Positions 7,089 through 16,487 of a stretch of 55,492 nt of DNA are shown here, in pieces. Numbering within the stretch: the first letter of the stretch is position 1; each line of letters opens with the position of its first letter. The DNA comes from a virus. Its lineage: Duplodnaviria; Caudoviricetes. The stretch spans positions 1 through 55,492 of IMG/VR virus record IMGVR_UViG_3300010373_000056; one strand, given 5' to 3'. The notes under the pieces were generated by a model, which saw only the letters and a list, made by a program, of their open reading frames with translations, was not told the origin of the DNA and searched no databases. The position numbers were made by a program, and so were the translations under genes.

Positions 7089-8113
7089 GCCAGCTCGATT
7101 CGATATTGAGCGGTCACTCGACCCTTATCGGGGTCGATGAAATGCAAGCGCTGCGACGGAATAGCGGCGGCGGCGACAAACTCCCGTGCGTACTCGTTGT
7201 CGCTTTCGGGACTTCCCGTCATAAACACGGATCCGCCGGCCGCTAAAGTCAGGTCGTTGTGGTTATGAAAGTGTCCCACGTAGATATCTTGGAATCCACC
7301 CTTTATCACACCGGATTTCCAGGCGTTCGACTTCCGAAGAATGCCGAACATGGGCGTCTGGCCGCCGAATCCTTTGAACTCGTCGCCATGCACCAGAATG
7401 CCGTGGTAGTTGCCGATCGAGAACCTCTGATGCCAACTGTCGGCGTTCACGTAGGTGAACCTCGGCTCGGTCGCGAAGCGGTCCGTGACCACCTTGTAGA
7501 GCACCCGGTCCCAGTTGTCGCCGCGAGGCGCGTCGCCGGGCCTGCCGACCCGCCCGTGGTTGCCGGGCTCCCCGATCACCTGCACCGTCTCGAACGTCTC
7601 CAGCGCCACTCGGATCACTGCTTCGAGCGTCGCCCCGGCGGTGAACATCTGCTCGAAGGTGTGCGCCTCCACCTCCCACTCCTGCCCCGGGAACGTCGTC
7701 GTGTTCTCCACGAAGTCCCCGCCGAGCAGGATGATGCAGTGCCGCACCGGGTGGTCGGCCCGCTGAATGTCCGCGATATGCACGGCCTTGGTGGCGAACC
7801 GGCGCACCCGCTCGTCCATCACAGCCATGTCGTACGACGCGGTCTTCTTCCCGCACTGCCAGTCCGTCAGATGCCAGAGGGCAACCTCGGGCTTCCCCTT
7901 CTTCCGCCGGTCAGCCGGCGGGGGGACGATCGGCTTGTACCCGCCGTGCGCCAGATAAGCGTGCCGGGCGGCCGCGTAGGTGGCCTCCACGAACCCCGCC
8001 GACTTCGCCCTCGACTGAGACACGGCCCGCTGAGCCTTCGACAGGGCGGCGCGGAGCTCGTTGATCTCCGACTGCGCGGCCACGTCTGCGGCGACGTCCT
8101 TTATCGAGGACAT
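7085..8113 (-). CDS. Calcineurin-like metallophosphoesterase
   Basis: HLTDWQ, GGDF, GNHG, HGD and GHFH motifs. Confidence 0.85.
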   Translation of the reverse strand: MSSIKDVAADVAAQSEINELRAALSKAQRAVSQSRAKSAGFVEATYAAARHAYLAHGGYKPIVPPPADRRKKGKPEVALWHLTDWQCGKKTASYDMAVMDERVRRFATKAVHIADIQRADHPVRHCIILLGGDFVENTTTFPGQEWEVEAHTFEQMFTAGATLEAVIRVALETFETVQVIGEPGNHGRVGRPGDAPRGDNWDRVLYKVVTDRFATEPRFTYVNADSWHQRFSIGNYHGILVHGDEFKGFGGQTPMFGILRKSNAWKSGVIKGGFQDIYVGHFHNHNDLTLAAGGSVFMTGSPESDNEYAREFVAAAAIPSQRLHFIDPDKGRVTAQYRIELA

Positions 8114-8367
8114 GAGCACCCGCCAGCCTGACGCTTGCGGTGCCGGAGAATGGCGTTCGCCGCGACCGGCTTCCCATGCACGTTGTACTCGTTGGGGTAT
8201 TTCGCCAACGCCGCCGCGATCTCCGACGCTTTGTTGTCGTGATCGTCGATCAGGCGGACGAGCTCTTTGGACTCGTTCTTGTCCAGGCGCAGCAGCAGAA
8301 TGCCGACCGTGCATTGAGGGATTTTCGATCCCTTGGTCTCCGCGAGCGCTTCACTCAATCTCGTCAT
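8101..8367 (-). CDS. Hypothetical protein (possible HTH)
   Basis: 88 aa ending ILRHRKRQAGGCSC. Confidence 0.6.
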   Translation of the reverse strand: MTRLSEALAETKGSKIPQCTVGILLLRLDKNESKELVRLIDDHDNKASEIAAALAKYPNEYNVHGKPVAANAILRHRKRQAGGCSCPR

Positions 8368-8404
8368 GAAATCTCATACCTTCCCGTAGCCCCGAGAAAT
8401 GTGG

Positions 8405-9670
8405 TCATTGCGCCGCCTCGGTGAGAATCTCCAACTCGCCGGGATCGTGGATAGCCGTCCAGGGCAGCTTTCCGCCGCGATAGAACCCGACAGGGGCGTC
8501 CCGCTTGCCTCGGTCGCCCCGGAATGGGGCGCGGAACACGAACGGCGAGGCTGGGTTGTCGACGGCGCGGGACAGCACCCGGCCGTGCGTCGCCCACGCG
8601 GCCCAGATCATCGACCCGTAGGGCGACTCGCTGGCGGTGCCCATGACCGCCTTGGCCATGTGGTGCTCCAGCCACAGGGCGCAGCCGTAACGCTTGCGGA
8701 TGCTGTTGAACACCGCCCTCACCTCGTCGGCGCAGGTGTCCCAATCGGAGCCTCCCTTGCTGTAGACGTTGTTCAGCGAGCCGAGGCAGACGATGTCCGG
8801 CCGGGCCTGCGCGACCGCCCGCTCGAGCAACTGAGCCCCGGCCCGCGTGCGGACGTTCAGGCCTTCGACGTGAGACCAGACCTGCGCCCGGTCCGGGTCG
8901 AAGTCGCCCAGCCGCTTCACCTGCGCCAGGTAGGACGAAGACTCGTCCGCCGCCTCGCCTGGGTCGTTCTCCAGGTCGACCACAAGAGACCGCTTAGGCT
9001 CGAACCGCTCCAGTGGATTGAACGGGTTGATTCCCGCCGCCGCGCACCAGGCGACCTGGCGCGAGAGGGTCGTCTTGCCGGCACCCATCGGGGCCAGGAT
9101 CATCCAGACGTCGCTGGACGAGATCACACCGGGGATGACCCACTTGCGGGCCACGCCGCCGTGTCGGTTGATGAAGTCGTCCCACGATTGCAGATCCTCG
9201 ACAGGCGCGTCGGATCCCTGGTCGTTGACGAACAGATCCAGCGCGATCGACTCCCGCGCCAGGGCGTCCGCCATCCGGTCGGGGTCGGCGATCTCGGCGG
9301 CGATCTGCTGGATCCGCTGGCCGAGCTTCCACGCCGAGCGGCGGCGGGATGCATCCCGGACAAGCTCGGCGTGGTACTCGACGTTGGCGGGCGTGACCAC
9401 GCTCGACGTCAACTCGTGCAGGTACAGCGCGCCCCCGGACTCACGCCCGAACCCGAGCGCAGCGGCCTCAGCGTCCACCGTGAGCGCGTCGATCGCCTTC
9501 CCGGCCGCCCTCATTCCGGTGAGCACATTCCAGAGCTTCTGATGGCGGTGGTCGGCGAAGTCGAGCTCGGTCAACATCCGCTCGACCGCCGGGAGGTACT
9601 TCGGGGCGATCAGAACCGACCCGATCACCTGCTGCTCAGAGGTCAGCGCCTCGGCCACTTGGGTCACCAC
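8405..9670 (-). CDS. DnaB-like replicative helicase (DnaB N-domain plus RecA/AAA ATPase)
   Basis: EQQVIGSVLI...DFADHRHQ N-terminus; Walker A APMGAGKT. Confidence 0.85.
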   Translation of the reverse strand: MVTQVAEALTSEQQVIGSVLIAPKYLPAVERMLTELDFADHRHQKLWNVLTGMRAAGKAIDALTVDAEAAALGFGRESGGALYLHELTSSVVTPANVEYHAELVRDASRRRSAWKLGQRIQQIAAEIADPDRMADALARESIALDLFVNDQGSDAPVEDLQSWDDFINRHGGVARKWVIPGVISSSDVWMILAPMGAGKTTLSRQVAWCAAAGINPFNPLERFEPKRSLVVDLENDPGEAADESSSYLAQVKRLGDFDPDRAQVWSHVEGLNVRTRAGAQLLERAVAQARPDIVCLGSLNNVYSKGGSDWDTCADEVRAVFNSIRKRYGCALWLEHHMAKAVMGTASESPYGSMIWAAWATHGRVLSRAVDNPASPFVFRAPFRGDRGKRDAPVGFYRGGKLPWTAIHDPGELEILTEAAQ

Positions 9671-10371
9671 CCACCGCCTGCCGCAACCGCCACGGAAGCG
9701 CCGCCTTCGAGGGATGCCCAGTGCTTCGCCAATGCGGTCGGCGTCAACTCAGCGCCGGGGAACTTGGCGCGGTAGTTGCGGGCGCGGAGTTGGATCTGCG
9801 CGGCGGTAGCCCCGACTGCCTTGAGATCACGAACAGCGACGGAGACAGGACCTCGGCCTGACTTGGTGATTTGGGCGTCGTTGATGCTGCACACCGTGAC
9901 GACGGCGTCCCAGATCGGGTCCCTCTCACGCGGCTTCGCCGCAAGGGTTTGATCTTTCTCTTTCTCTAACTCTTTCTCTGCTACCGATTTGCTAGCGCCG
10001 CTGTCATGACCGACGCCTAGCAAGCGGCTAGCACTTGCTAGGGCTTTTGCTTGCCCCCCCTTGGCTCCCGCAGTGGCCCGCTTCTCCTTTAGCGCGGCCT
10101 TCTGTGCGAGCGACCGCTGGTGCTCGAGGAAGTCGTGGCACGTCCAGTCGCTGCCCGCCGGCCGGAGCAAACCAGCCTTCTCCAGCTCGGTGACGGCCTT
10201 GCGGCTCTCCTTCAACGCGACCACGCCGGGCACCTTCCCGTCGGTGTTGTTCCGGTCGCAGTAGCACCAGAGCGAGACCAGTGCGCGGAACGCCCGGTCT
10301 GATAGGCCGACAACCTTGGGGTGCTCCGGCATCCCGTTGTGGACCTTGATGTAAAGGCGGTCATCAGGCAT
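9664..10371 (-). CDS. Phage replication initiator
   Basis: YIKVHNGMPEHPKV...LWCYC...TDG...HDFLEHQ; EKELEKEK linker; directly upstream of the helicase. Confidence 0.75.
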   Translation of the reverse strand: MPDDRLYIKVHNGMPEHPKVVGLSDRAFRALVSLWCYCDRNNTDGKVPGVVALKESRKAVTELEKAGLLRPAGSDWTCHDFLEHQRSLAQKAALKEKRATAGAKGGQAKALASASRLLGVGHDSGASKSVAEKELEKEKDQTLAAKPRERDPIWDAVVTVCSINDAQITKSGRGPVSVAVRDLKAVGATAAQIQLRARNYRAKFPGAELTPTALAKHWASLEGGASVAVAAGGGW

Positions 10372-10727
10372 CAATCCGCCTTGGAGACGTGCCGGCCGTT
10401 GGACTCGGGCAGGTTGCACGCCAGGCAATAGCTAGACGTCGCGTCCGCAACGAACCAGTGGCGCTCCAGTGGAACCGACGCGGTCGTCTTGATATCCATC
10501 AGGGCGGCGATGACCATGGGCCAGTTCCGGGCGTCGCAGCCAGAGCGGACTCGGGCGAGCACTGCGTGCAGCCGTTCGGCGTCCGCCTTGTAAGCCTTCT
10601 TGTCGGCCGCCACATGGGCCAGATTCGCCTCAGCCGCAGCCAAGCGGTCCGCCAGGTCGTCTGCGCCGCTCGGGGGGATGTCGACCCGCTGAGGGAATGT
10701 GAGGGCCGACTCGACAGGCGTGGTCAT
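10371..10727 (-). CDS. Hypothetical protein
   Basis: 118-aa ORF, coupled. Confidence 0.6.
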   Translation of the reverse strand: MTTPVESALTFPQRVDIPPSGADDLADRLAAAEANLAHVAADKKAYKADAERLHAVLARVRSGCDARNWPMVIAALMDIKTTASVPLERHWFVADATSSYCLACNLPESNGRHVSKAD

Positions 10728-10897
10728 GACTCCTCCGCATCGAGCAGCAGACGCAGGTCCCCGAGGGATTCGCAGATCGCCTTAGCCGCCGGATTCCCCA
10801 CCAGAACCCATGCGGCGGCGTACCGCTCGGACAGCTCTAGGCGCTCCCTGATGTGCCGGGGCGCATATCGGTGGTTGTTGGCCAAGGGGTCGGTCAT
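10724..10897 (-). CDS. Small hypothetical protein (MTDPLANNHRY...)
   Basis: ATGA overlaps at both ends. Confidence 0.55.
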   Translation of the reverse strand: MTDPLANNHRYAPRHIRERLELSERYAAAWVLVGNPAAKAICESLGDLRLLLDAEES

Positions 10898-11253
10898 GAC
10901 GCCTCGCTCGGGACGTGGAGGATCAGATGAACGCCCTCGCAGTGCTCGAACACCATGCCGTCAGCGGCCAGCCTCCGGGCGTAGTCCAGGGCGGCGTCGA
11001 GCGAGAGCTTCAAGTCGAGCAACTGGACAGCCAGGCGGATGACTTGGACCTCGGACTTGTCCCAGCGACGCAGGTAGCCGCTCCCGTGCCCGTCCCCGTC
11101 CGCCGGGCGGATGCGGCGAGTGCGCGACCAGAAGTCCAACTGGCGGTATGTGCAGCCAGTCGCGGAGACGACCTCGGGCGAGGTGAGCCACTCCCGGTCG
11201 TCTGGCAGGTGATTGCCGTGCGTGCTCGCGAACAACTGCGTCACGGTGCTCAT
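10894..11253 (-). CDS. MerR-family HTH protein
   Basis: TGCTYRQLDFWSR...GSGYLRRW. Confidence 0.85.
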   Translation of the reverse strand: MSTVTQLFASTHGNHLPDDREWLTSPEVVSATGCTYRQLDFWSRTRRIRPADGDGHGSGYLRRWDKSEVQVIRLAVQLLDLKLSLDAALDYARRLAADGMVFEHCEGVHLILHVPSEAS

Positions 11254-11702
11254 GACTCGTCCAGCGGGTAGATGGAGATAAGTGCCCCGGTCCAGTCGCC
11301 CTTACCGACATAGACCTTCGTGGCCTCTATGTGAGCGATCCTGGCGTCATCCGCGATGACGTCCGCCGCCTTGAGCGCGTCGCCGATCGCCCGGGCGAGC
11401 TTGTCAAGGTCGGGGGCGGTCGCCTTGAACCTTGGCGCGTTCGGTTTCAACAGGTGAGCGAACCGGCCACCCCGGTAGTGCTTCTCTGGCCGCTGGAACC
11501 GGAAGGTCATGACGCACCCGATAGACCGAGCCGGAGCCACTCGCCAGTTGCATCGAATCGCGGCGGCCTTCGCGGCGACAACGACCGAGTCCCGCCACGG
11601 CTTGTGGTTCTTGCTCGTCTCGTAGATGGCCCCATACCGCGACGTCCGGTGATTCCCTTGAGGGGACGGCTGGCCGATCACCTCGAAGTCCAGAGTGGTC
11701 AT
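11250..11702 (-). CDS. rusA: RusA-family Holliday junction resolvase
   Basis: GQPSPQG, PDLDKLARAIGDAL, DDARI...K. Confidence 0.88.
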   Translation of the reverse strand: MTTLDFEVIGQPSPQGNHRTSRYGAIYETSKNHKPWRDSVVVAAKAAAIRCNWRVAPARSIGCVMTFRFQRPEKHYRGGRFAHLLKPNAPRFKATAPDLDKLARAIGDALKAADVIADDARIAHIEATKVYVGKGDWTGALISIYPLDES

Positions 11703-12112
11703 GCCGCCTTCTTCCGTCGTTGCCGACGAAGGGACTCCGCTAACCGGGCGGCCTCTTTGCACACTTGGCAGGTTTCGCCCCGGCGGAGGTGGCGGCGGTT
11801 GGAGGCCTCCGTGCCGCATGGCAGAAGGTCCTGCGGAGCGGGGGTGCACTCCTCGCACGTCTCGCCGTTCGCCCGGTGACGGTCCCGGGCACCCTTGGTC
11901 CCGCACGGGGCCAGGCGGTGGCCGTGCTTCGAGAGTCGCGGCGGCGGGTCGTGGTCGACGTGCCGGTTCGCCTTGTCCAGATAGCGGTGACGGCTGGCGA
12001 TGAACTCCTGGGTCACTCCGAGCTTCTCGACCATCCAGTCCGGGGACCGTCCGAACGCGATGGCCTGATCGACCCGGAGTGCGTCGCCGGAAGGTGTGGG
12101 TGCGCTGGTCAT
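11699..12112 (-). CDS. Actinophage protein with two PCGT...RH..GE.C..C Zn-binding repeats
   Basis: PCGTKGARDRHRANGETCEEC and PCGTEASNRRHLRRGETCQVC. Confidence 0.7.
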   Translation of the reverse strand: MTSAPTPSGDALRVDQAIAFGRSPDWMVEKLGVTQEFIASRHRYLDKANRHVDHDPPPRLSKHGHRLAPCGTKGARDRHRANGETCEECTPAPQDLLPCGTEASNRRHLRRGETCQVCKEAARLAESLRRQRRKKAA

Positions 12113-12492
12113 GACGCTTCCTCCCATGAGTGCAGGGACAGGTGGGGGGCGAGCTCGGCGTGCTTCAAGTCGTGGCATTCGCGGCAGATGATCTGGATGT
12201 TCGCCGGGTCCGTGATCGAGCCGCCCCGAGCTCGGGACTTGATCTCGTCCGGGTCCAGGGGCACGCCCGTGCGACCGCAGTTCGCGCACCACGGCTGGGA
12301 TTCCACAAGCGCGGCCACGACTTCAGTACGCTGACGTAGCTCCGCCCGGCGCTTCTTCGACGTCGGGCGGATTCCTGAGGAACGGGTGAGGTTAGGTTCA
12401 CCTGGATTTCGGGTAAGCGGGGGATGACCTGAGGTCTGGGGAAAGCCGGTCCGGGTCAACGGCGTCTTACGGGTCATCGCGGAGCGCTTCAT
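12109..12492 (-). CDS. HNH endonuclease-like protein
   Basis: CANCG...DEIKSRARGG...NIQIICRECHDLKH. Confidence 0.75.
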   Translation of the reverse strand: MKRSAMTRKTPLTRTGFPQTSGHPPLTRNPGEPNLTRSSGIRPTSKKRRAELRQRTEVVAALVESQPWCANCGRTGVPLDPDEIKSRARGGSITDPANIQIICRECHDLKHAELAPHLSLHSWEEAS

Positions 12493-12646
12493 CGCTCGAC
12501 CACCAGGCCCAGCATCAGCAGGAACTCGCGGGCCTCGGCGATGTCCACGGCTCGTTTGCACGTCTCGATGGCCGCCCGGTAACGCCCCTCGATCGAGACC
12601 TTCGGCAGGACGATCGGCGAATGGTCCATCTGCAGCATGGGATCGC

Positions 12647-12877
12647 TCATGCGATCACACTCAGAGTCCGGTAGGAGCCGCTCCGGCCACGCTTGACGTA
12701 GCCGCGAGCCTCCAGCGCGTTCAGCTGGTGCGAGATCGAAGACGTGGACTTGAGTCCGCAGGCCGCACCGATCTCCCGGTAGTTCGGAGCCCAGCCGTAG
12801 GTGTCGATGTAGAGGGCGATGAAGGAATAGATCCGGTATTGCCGAGCCGATAAAGGGGGACGCTCGGTAATGGTCAT
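12647..12877 (-). CDS. LexA-like winged-HTH protein (DNA-binding domain only)
   Basis: LSARQ..IY.FI...GWAPNYREIG...GLKSTSSISHQLNALE.RGY. Confidence 0.85.
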   Translation of the reverse strand: MTITERPPLSARQYRIYSFIALYIDTYGWAPNYREIGAACGLKSTSSISHQLNALEARGYVKRGRSGSYRTLSVIA

Positions 12878-13261
12878 TTAGCCTCTCCCGGCCATCTCGT
12901 AACTAGCGCGGACAGACGAACCCAGGGACCGGAGGATCTCGGCGTCGGCCAACTTCACCCGCAACGCCTCCTGTGCGATCTCCCGCAACGTGGTCGCCTG
13001 CTCCAACTCCTGCCAGGGGGTCACGCACCGCTCGAAGATCGCCTCTTTGCGGGCGTCCGCGTTGCTGATGTCGCTCCCCCGCTTCACGGGTGGCACGTCA
13101 TGGGCGGCGACGATCTCGGCCCGTTTCAATGCGACCTTCGCTTTCGTCTCGGCGATTCGGGCGGCGCGTAAGTCGCCCTGAGCACGCGTGATCTCGTTGC
13201 GGACGGCGTTCAGTTGCGCCTCGATGTCGAGTGGCGTCATTGCCTCGTAGGCAGCGTTCAC
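12878..13261 (-). CDS. Coiled-coil hypothetical protein
   Basis: GTGA-coupled start; ends LRSLGSSVRASY. Confidence 0.6.
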   Translation of the reverse strand: MNAAYEAMTPLDIEAQLNAVRNEITRAQGDLRAARIAETKAKVALKRAEIVAAHDVPPVKRGSDISNADARKEAIFERCVTPWQELEQATTLREIAQEALRVKLADAEILRSLGSSVRASYEMAGRG

Positions 13262-13431
13262 CGGGTCAACTCCCAGTCGCGGATCGTCGCCTGGAGCGAT
13301 TCGTTCTCGTCCCACAACTTCGCGGCCACACTCCGGGCCAGGTCGCGCTGACGGAGAGCCATGTCCCGCTCGCGGATGAGACGCATGTACTCGTCCACCT
13401 GGATCTCGCGGGCTTCCTCGGTGGCGGTCAT
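13258..13431 (-). CDS. Small coiled-coil protein (MTATEEARE...)
   Basis: ATGA coupled. Confidence 0.55.
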   Translation of the reverse strand: MTATEEAREIQVDEYMRLIRERDMALRQRDLARSVAAKLWDENESLQATIRDWELTR

Positions 13432-13982
13432 GCGGCCAGCGCCTCTCGGAGGGCCTCGCGATAGTCGGCCATGAACTTCTCCAACTTGGGCATCACCGAG
13501 GGCAGCCACGCGGGGTCGTGCTCGACGCGGGAGACCGAGATTCCCGACGGCCTCCAGACGACGAAATCGCACCAGGAGCGGCCGGCGCATTCGAGCTGCA
13601 GCCGGATCTGCGCCTCGTACTCGGGCTTCTGGTCGATGTGGTCGTACTTCGCCGATGGCGGGCACTTCACCTCGACCATGCCGTCCAGGCCGACGTAGCC
13701 GTCCGGGGTGGAGGCGAGGAACGGGTGTAGCGGGTGGATGAGGAAAGCCTGTCCGCCCCAGACCATCACGCCGCGTTCGCGCTCGTAGTCGGCCAGCGCG
13801 TCCCGCTCGTGCTTGTGTCCGTAGGCGGTGTGCTCGTTGCCTTGGAACTCGGCGGGCAAACCCTTCGCCTGCTGGATCATCTCGGCCAGCACCTTCGCCC
13901 GAGACTGGTAACGGTTAAGACCCAGCACGGCCCCGATGCGCGAGCCCGTGATGCGGCCTTCCCTGAGCGGGCTCAGCGTCAC
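13428..13982 (-). CDS. YqaJ/lambda-exonuclease-like protein
   Basis: R..RITGS, G...E, ASTPDG, EVKCP, Y..QIRLQL. Confidence 0.9.
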   Translation of the reverse strand: MTLSPLREGRITGSRIGAVLGLNRYQSRAKVLAEMIQQAKGLPAEFQGNEHTAYGHKHERDALADYERERGVMVWGGQAFLIHPLHPFLASTPDGYVGLDGMVEVKCPPSAKYDHIDQKPEYEAQIRLQLECAGRSWCDFVVWRPSGISVSRVEHDPAWLPSVMPKLEKFMADYREALREALAA

Positions 13983-14752
13983 GCGGACACCTGCTCCCGC
14001 AATGCCTGCATCTTGGCCGCGTAGTCCACGCGCAACGGCTCCCGCTGGGCGGCGCTCAACTTGGACTTGGCCATCTGCTCGCCGACCTTGTTGAGCTCGG
14101 CCATCGTCTCCGACATGGCGATCGACGCCGCGAAGTCGGCAGCGAGCAGCGGATCTTCCGGCTCTTCGTCCGGCACGACCTTCTGGGACTCGTGCTCGAT
14201 CTCGTCGTTGCCGAGGCTGACCTGCTGAGCGACGCCCTCCTGGACGTCCTCCGGGGCTTCGTCCTCGACGCCGACCAGCGTGGCCTTGACCAGCGCGCTC
14301 GTCTGGCCCTTGTTGTAGAGGGAGAGGCCGAACTGGTCCCCGAGGTTGATCGCGGCCCGCTTCTTGGCCAGCGAGATCGCCGACTTATAGGCCAGGTCGT
14401 GCCCGTCGCCCCGGGTTTGGTTCTGCGCCGTGGCCGTCGATCCGTCTTCGTACTGGCATATCACCTTGCCGGTCTCGTCCCGGATCGAGAGACGCAGCAG
14501 AGCCCGGTAGCAGACGTCGAAGCGGTTTGGATCTGGCTCGGTCTTACCCTTGGACACCGACGTTGTCGGCATCTCGAAGACGCACTCGACTTGCAGCACC
14601 TCTGTGTCGAATCCGCCGAACCCGAACATGCGGATCAAGTGCGCCGTGATGTCCTGCTGGGAGACGTGAGAGTGTCCCTGCGCCTGCAGGACGCGCTGCG
14701 GAGCGATCGGTTTCAGGAGTTGGGCAACTTGCTTCTGATTGAACTGGCTCAT
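13979..14752 (-). CDS. Rad52/Rad22-like single-strand annealing protein
   Basis: LIRMFGFGG, AYKSAISLAKKRAAINLGDQFGLSLY; adjacent to the exonuclease. Confidence 0.85.
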   Translation of the reverse strand: MSQFNQKQVAQLLKPIAPQRVLQAQGHSHVSQQDITAHLIRMFGFGGFDTEVLQVECVFEMPTTSVSKGKTEPDPNRFDVCYRALLRLSIRDETGKVICQYEDGSTATAQNQTRGDGHDLAYKSAISLAKKRAAINLGDQFGLSLYNKGQTSALVKATLVGVEDEAPEDVQEGVAQQVSLGNDEIEHESQKVVPDEEPEDPLLAADFAASIAMSETMAELNKVGEQMAKSKLSAAQREPLRVDYAAKMQALREQVSA

Positions 14753-15022
14753 TCTTCTGTCCCCCATGAAAGAAAGTCCGGCACATACCCGTGACGGCGG
14801 ACCATGCTCGACGCCGACAACCCGTTGCGGTGCCGAGCGCCCGACTGCATGGCGTAGTAGCGGTGGCGGGCGTTGGAGCGGCGCTCGCCCCAGAACATCC
14901 CGACGAGAAGCGAGACGATCGCGATGACGAAGTCCAGGCTGTTCACGACTCGTCCTCGATCCCGTCGAGCCAGAGCCAGAGCGCGACAGCCCAGGCGGCG
15001 GACATGGCAAGCCAGAGGTAAG

Positions 15023-15565
15023 TCACTGGTGCTCACCCCGCCGACGCATGACCCGGGAGAACCCGAGAAGTAAGAGCCCGGCAGCCGCGCTAGCCACCCC
15101 CGTGAGAAGCGCGACTGCCGGGTGAGCGCCCGTCAACGCCAGGCCGGGGGCGGCACTAGCGGTGGGCGCGGCCGACACGACGGGAGAAGACGTGTCGGGG
15201 CTGGTGATCGACAAGGCCGGGCCGATGCTGGCCTCAGCGCTCGTCGCGGTGCCCAAGGAGATAGGCGACGACGACGGAACGGCGGACGAAAGCGTGCCAC
15301 TTGGGATGGCTGGCCCGGTTGCCGATGTAGTAGACGACGCCGAAGGCGACGAGGAAGACGACGGAGTCGCCGAGACCGAAGGCGAGCCAGACGACGACGG
15401 CGAGGAGGACGACAGCGGCGGCGTAGGCCAGGTCGAATGCGTCTCGCTTGAGCGGGTATTGCTTGGCTTTGGGCATGGCGTGCCTCCGATGGTTCCGGCG
15501 GCGGCGACACCGCTACCGGCGAGGATGAGGAACCCGGCAGCGACCGGGAGGGCGAAGCGGTTCAT
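15023..15565 (-). CDS. Secreted Ser/Thr/Pro-rich protein with LAXTG sortase-like sorting signal
   Basis: Signal peptide MNRFALPVAAGFLILAGSGVAAA; LALTG, hydrophobic segment, RVMRRR tail. Confidence 0.75.
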   Translation of the reverse strand: MNRFALPVAAGFLILAGSGVAAAGTIGGTPCPKPSNTRSSETHSTWPTPPLSSSSPSSSGSPSVSATPSSSSSPSASSTTSATGPAIPSGTLSSAVPSSSPISLGTATSAEASIGPALSITSPDTSSPVVSAAPTASAAPGLALTGAHPAVALLTGVASAAAGLLLLGFSRVMRRRGEHQ

Positions 15566-16026
15566 CGAGCACCGCCTAGGAGTGAGCCGCAGTCCCACTC
15601 GACGACATCCTCTTTGACCTCTCGGTCTTCGAACGCCGTCGCGACCTGCTTCACGACCGTCCTTGTCCCGATGACCCGCCGCTCGCACACCGCCTCACGG
15701 TCGGCCGCGATCTGCAAGTGGAGGCCGCGCATCGCGGACTGGGCGTAGAAGTAGACCGTCGCGGACTTGTCCCATGTGCCGCCGAGTTCGCGGATAATGC
15801 CGGCGGCAGTTTCACGCTGCGCCTCGTCGCCGAGCAGGTTCCAGCCCAATGGGTTCCACGGCTGCCCGTGGATCGGCAACGGCACGGTTGGATGGGCTTC
15901 GAGGGCGTCAGCGAGGGCGCGCAGTCCAGCGATGTACTCGGCGCGCTCCCGATCCTGGCGGGCGTCATCTATCGAATCCCTGAGCGCCTTCATGAGGTCT
16001 TTGGGCTCGCTCTTTTTGGCGGTCAT
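15562..16026 (-). CDS. Conserved actinophage hypothetical protein
   Basis: GLRALADALEAHP...REAVCERRVIGT...VEWDC. Confidence 0.7.
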   Translation of the reverse strand: MTAKKSEPKDLMKALRDSIDDARQDRERAEYIAGLRALADALEAHPTVPLPIHGQPWNPLGWNLLGDEAQRETAAGIIRELGGTWDKSATVYFYAQSAMRGLHLQIAADREAVCERRVIGTRTVVKQVATAFEDREVKEDVVEWDCGSLLGGAR

Positions 16027-16388
16027 CGGCGTGCCGCCTGCGCGAGCATCCGCCGGTTAGCGGCCTGGACGTCGAGGTGCGCCTGATGCCAGTCGCACGC
16101 CACCGAGCCCGGAGTGGCGATCGGGTCGCCGCACGCCTGCCCAGCGAGCGGGACGGGGCAGAGCAGCTCGTTGTCGTACGCGCCGAACAGGACGTGCTGG
16201 CCCTTGGCGCACATGTCCCGCTTGAAGTGCTCCATCCGCAGGGTCGCGGTCATCTCGCCGTCGACCCATTGGCGACCGCACTGGATGCAGAACGCGATCT
16301 GCTTGCGGGTGTCGCAGGACAGGCAACCGTCGACTGGTTCATCGCGGTGCCAGTCTTCGCAGTGGGTGTAGTACTCGTCCTCGGTCAT
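16023..16388 (-). CDS. Cys-rich hypothetical protein
   Basis: 121 aa, ATGA coupled. Confidence 0.6.
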   Translation of the reverse strand: MTEDEYYTHCEDWHRDEPVDGCLSCDTRKQIAFCIQCGRQWVDGEMTATLRMEHFKRDMCAKGQHVLFGAYDNELLCPVPLAGQACGDPIATPGSVACDWHQAHLDVQAANRRMLAQAARR

Positions 16389-16455
16389 GCGGCTTCACAC
16401 CGACTTAGTCCGGCGTCTGAAATACTCATTGGTGTCGATCCCTTCCGATCGGCTT

Positions 16456-16486
16456 GAACGGCTCCGGGTGCATTCCGGGGCCGTTC
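16456..16486 (-). terminator. Hairpin downstream of cro
   Basis: GAACGGCTCCGG-N7-CCGGGGCCGTTC stem. Confidence 0.55.
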
Positions 16487-16487
16487 G

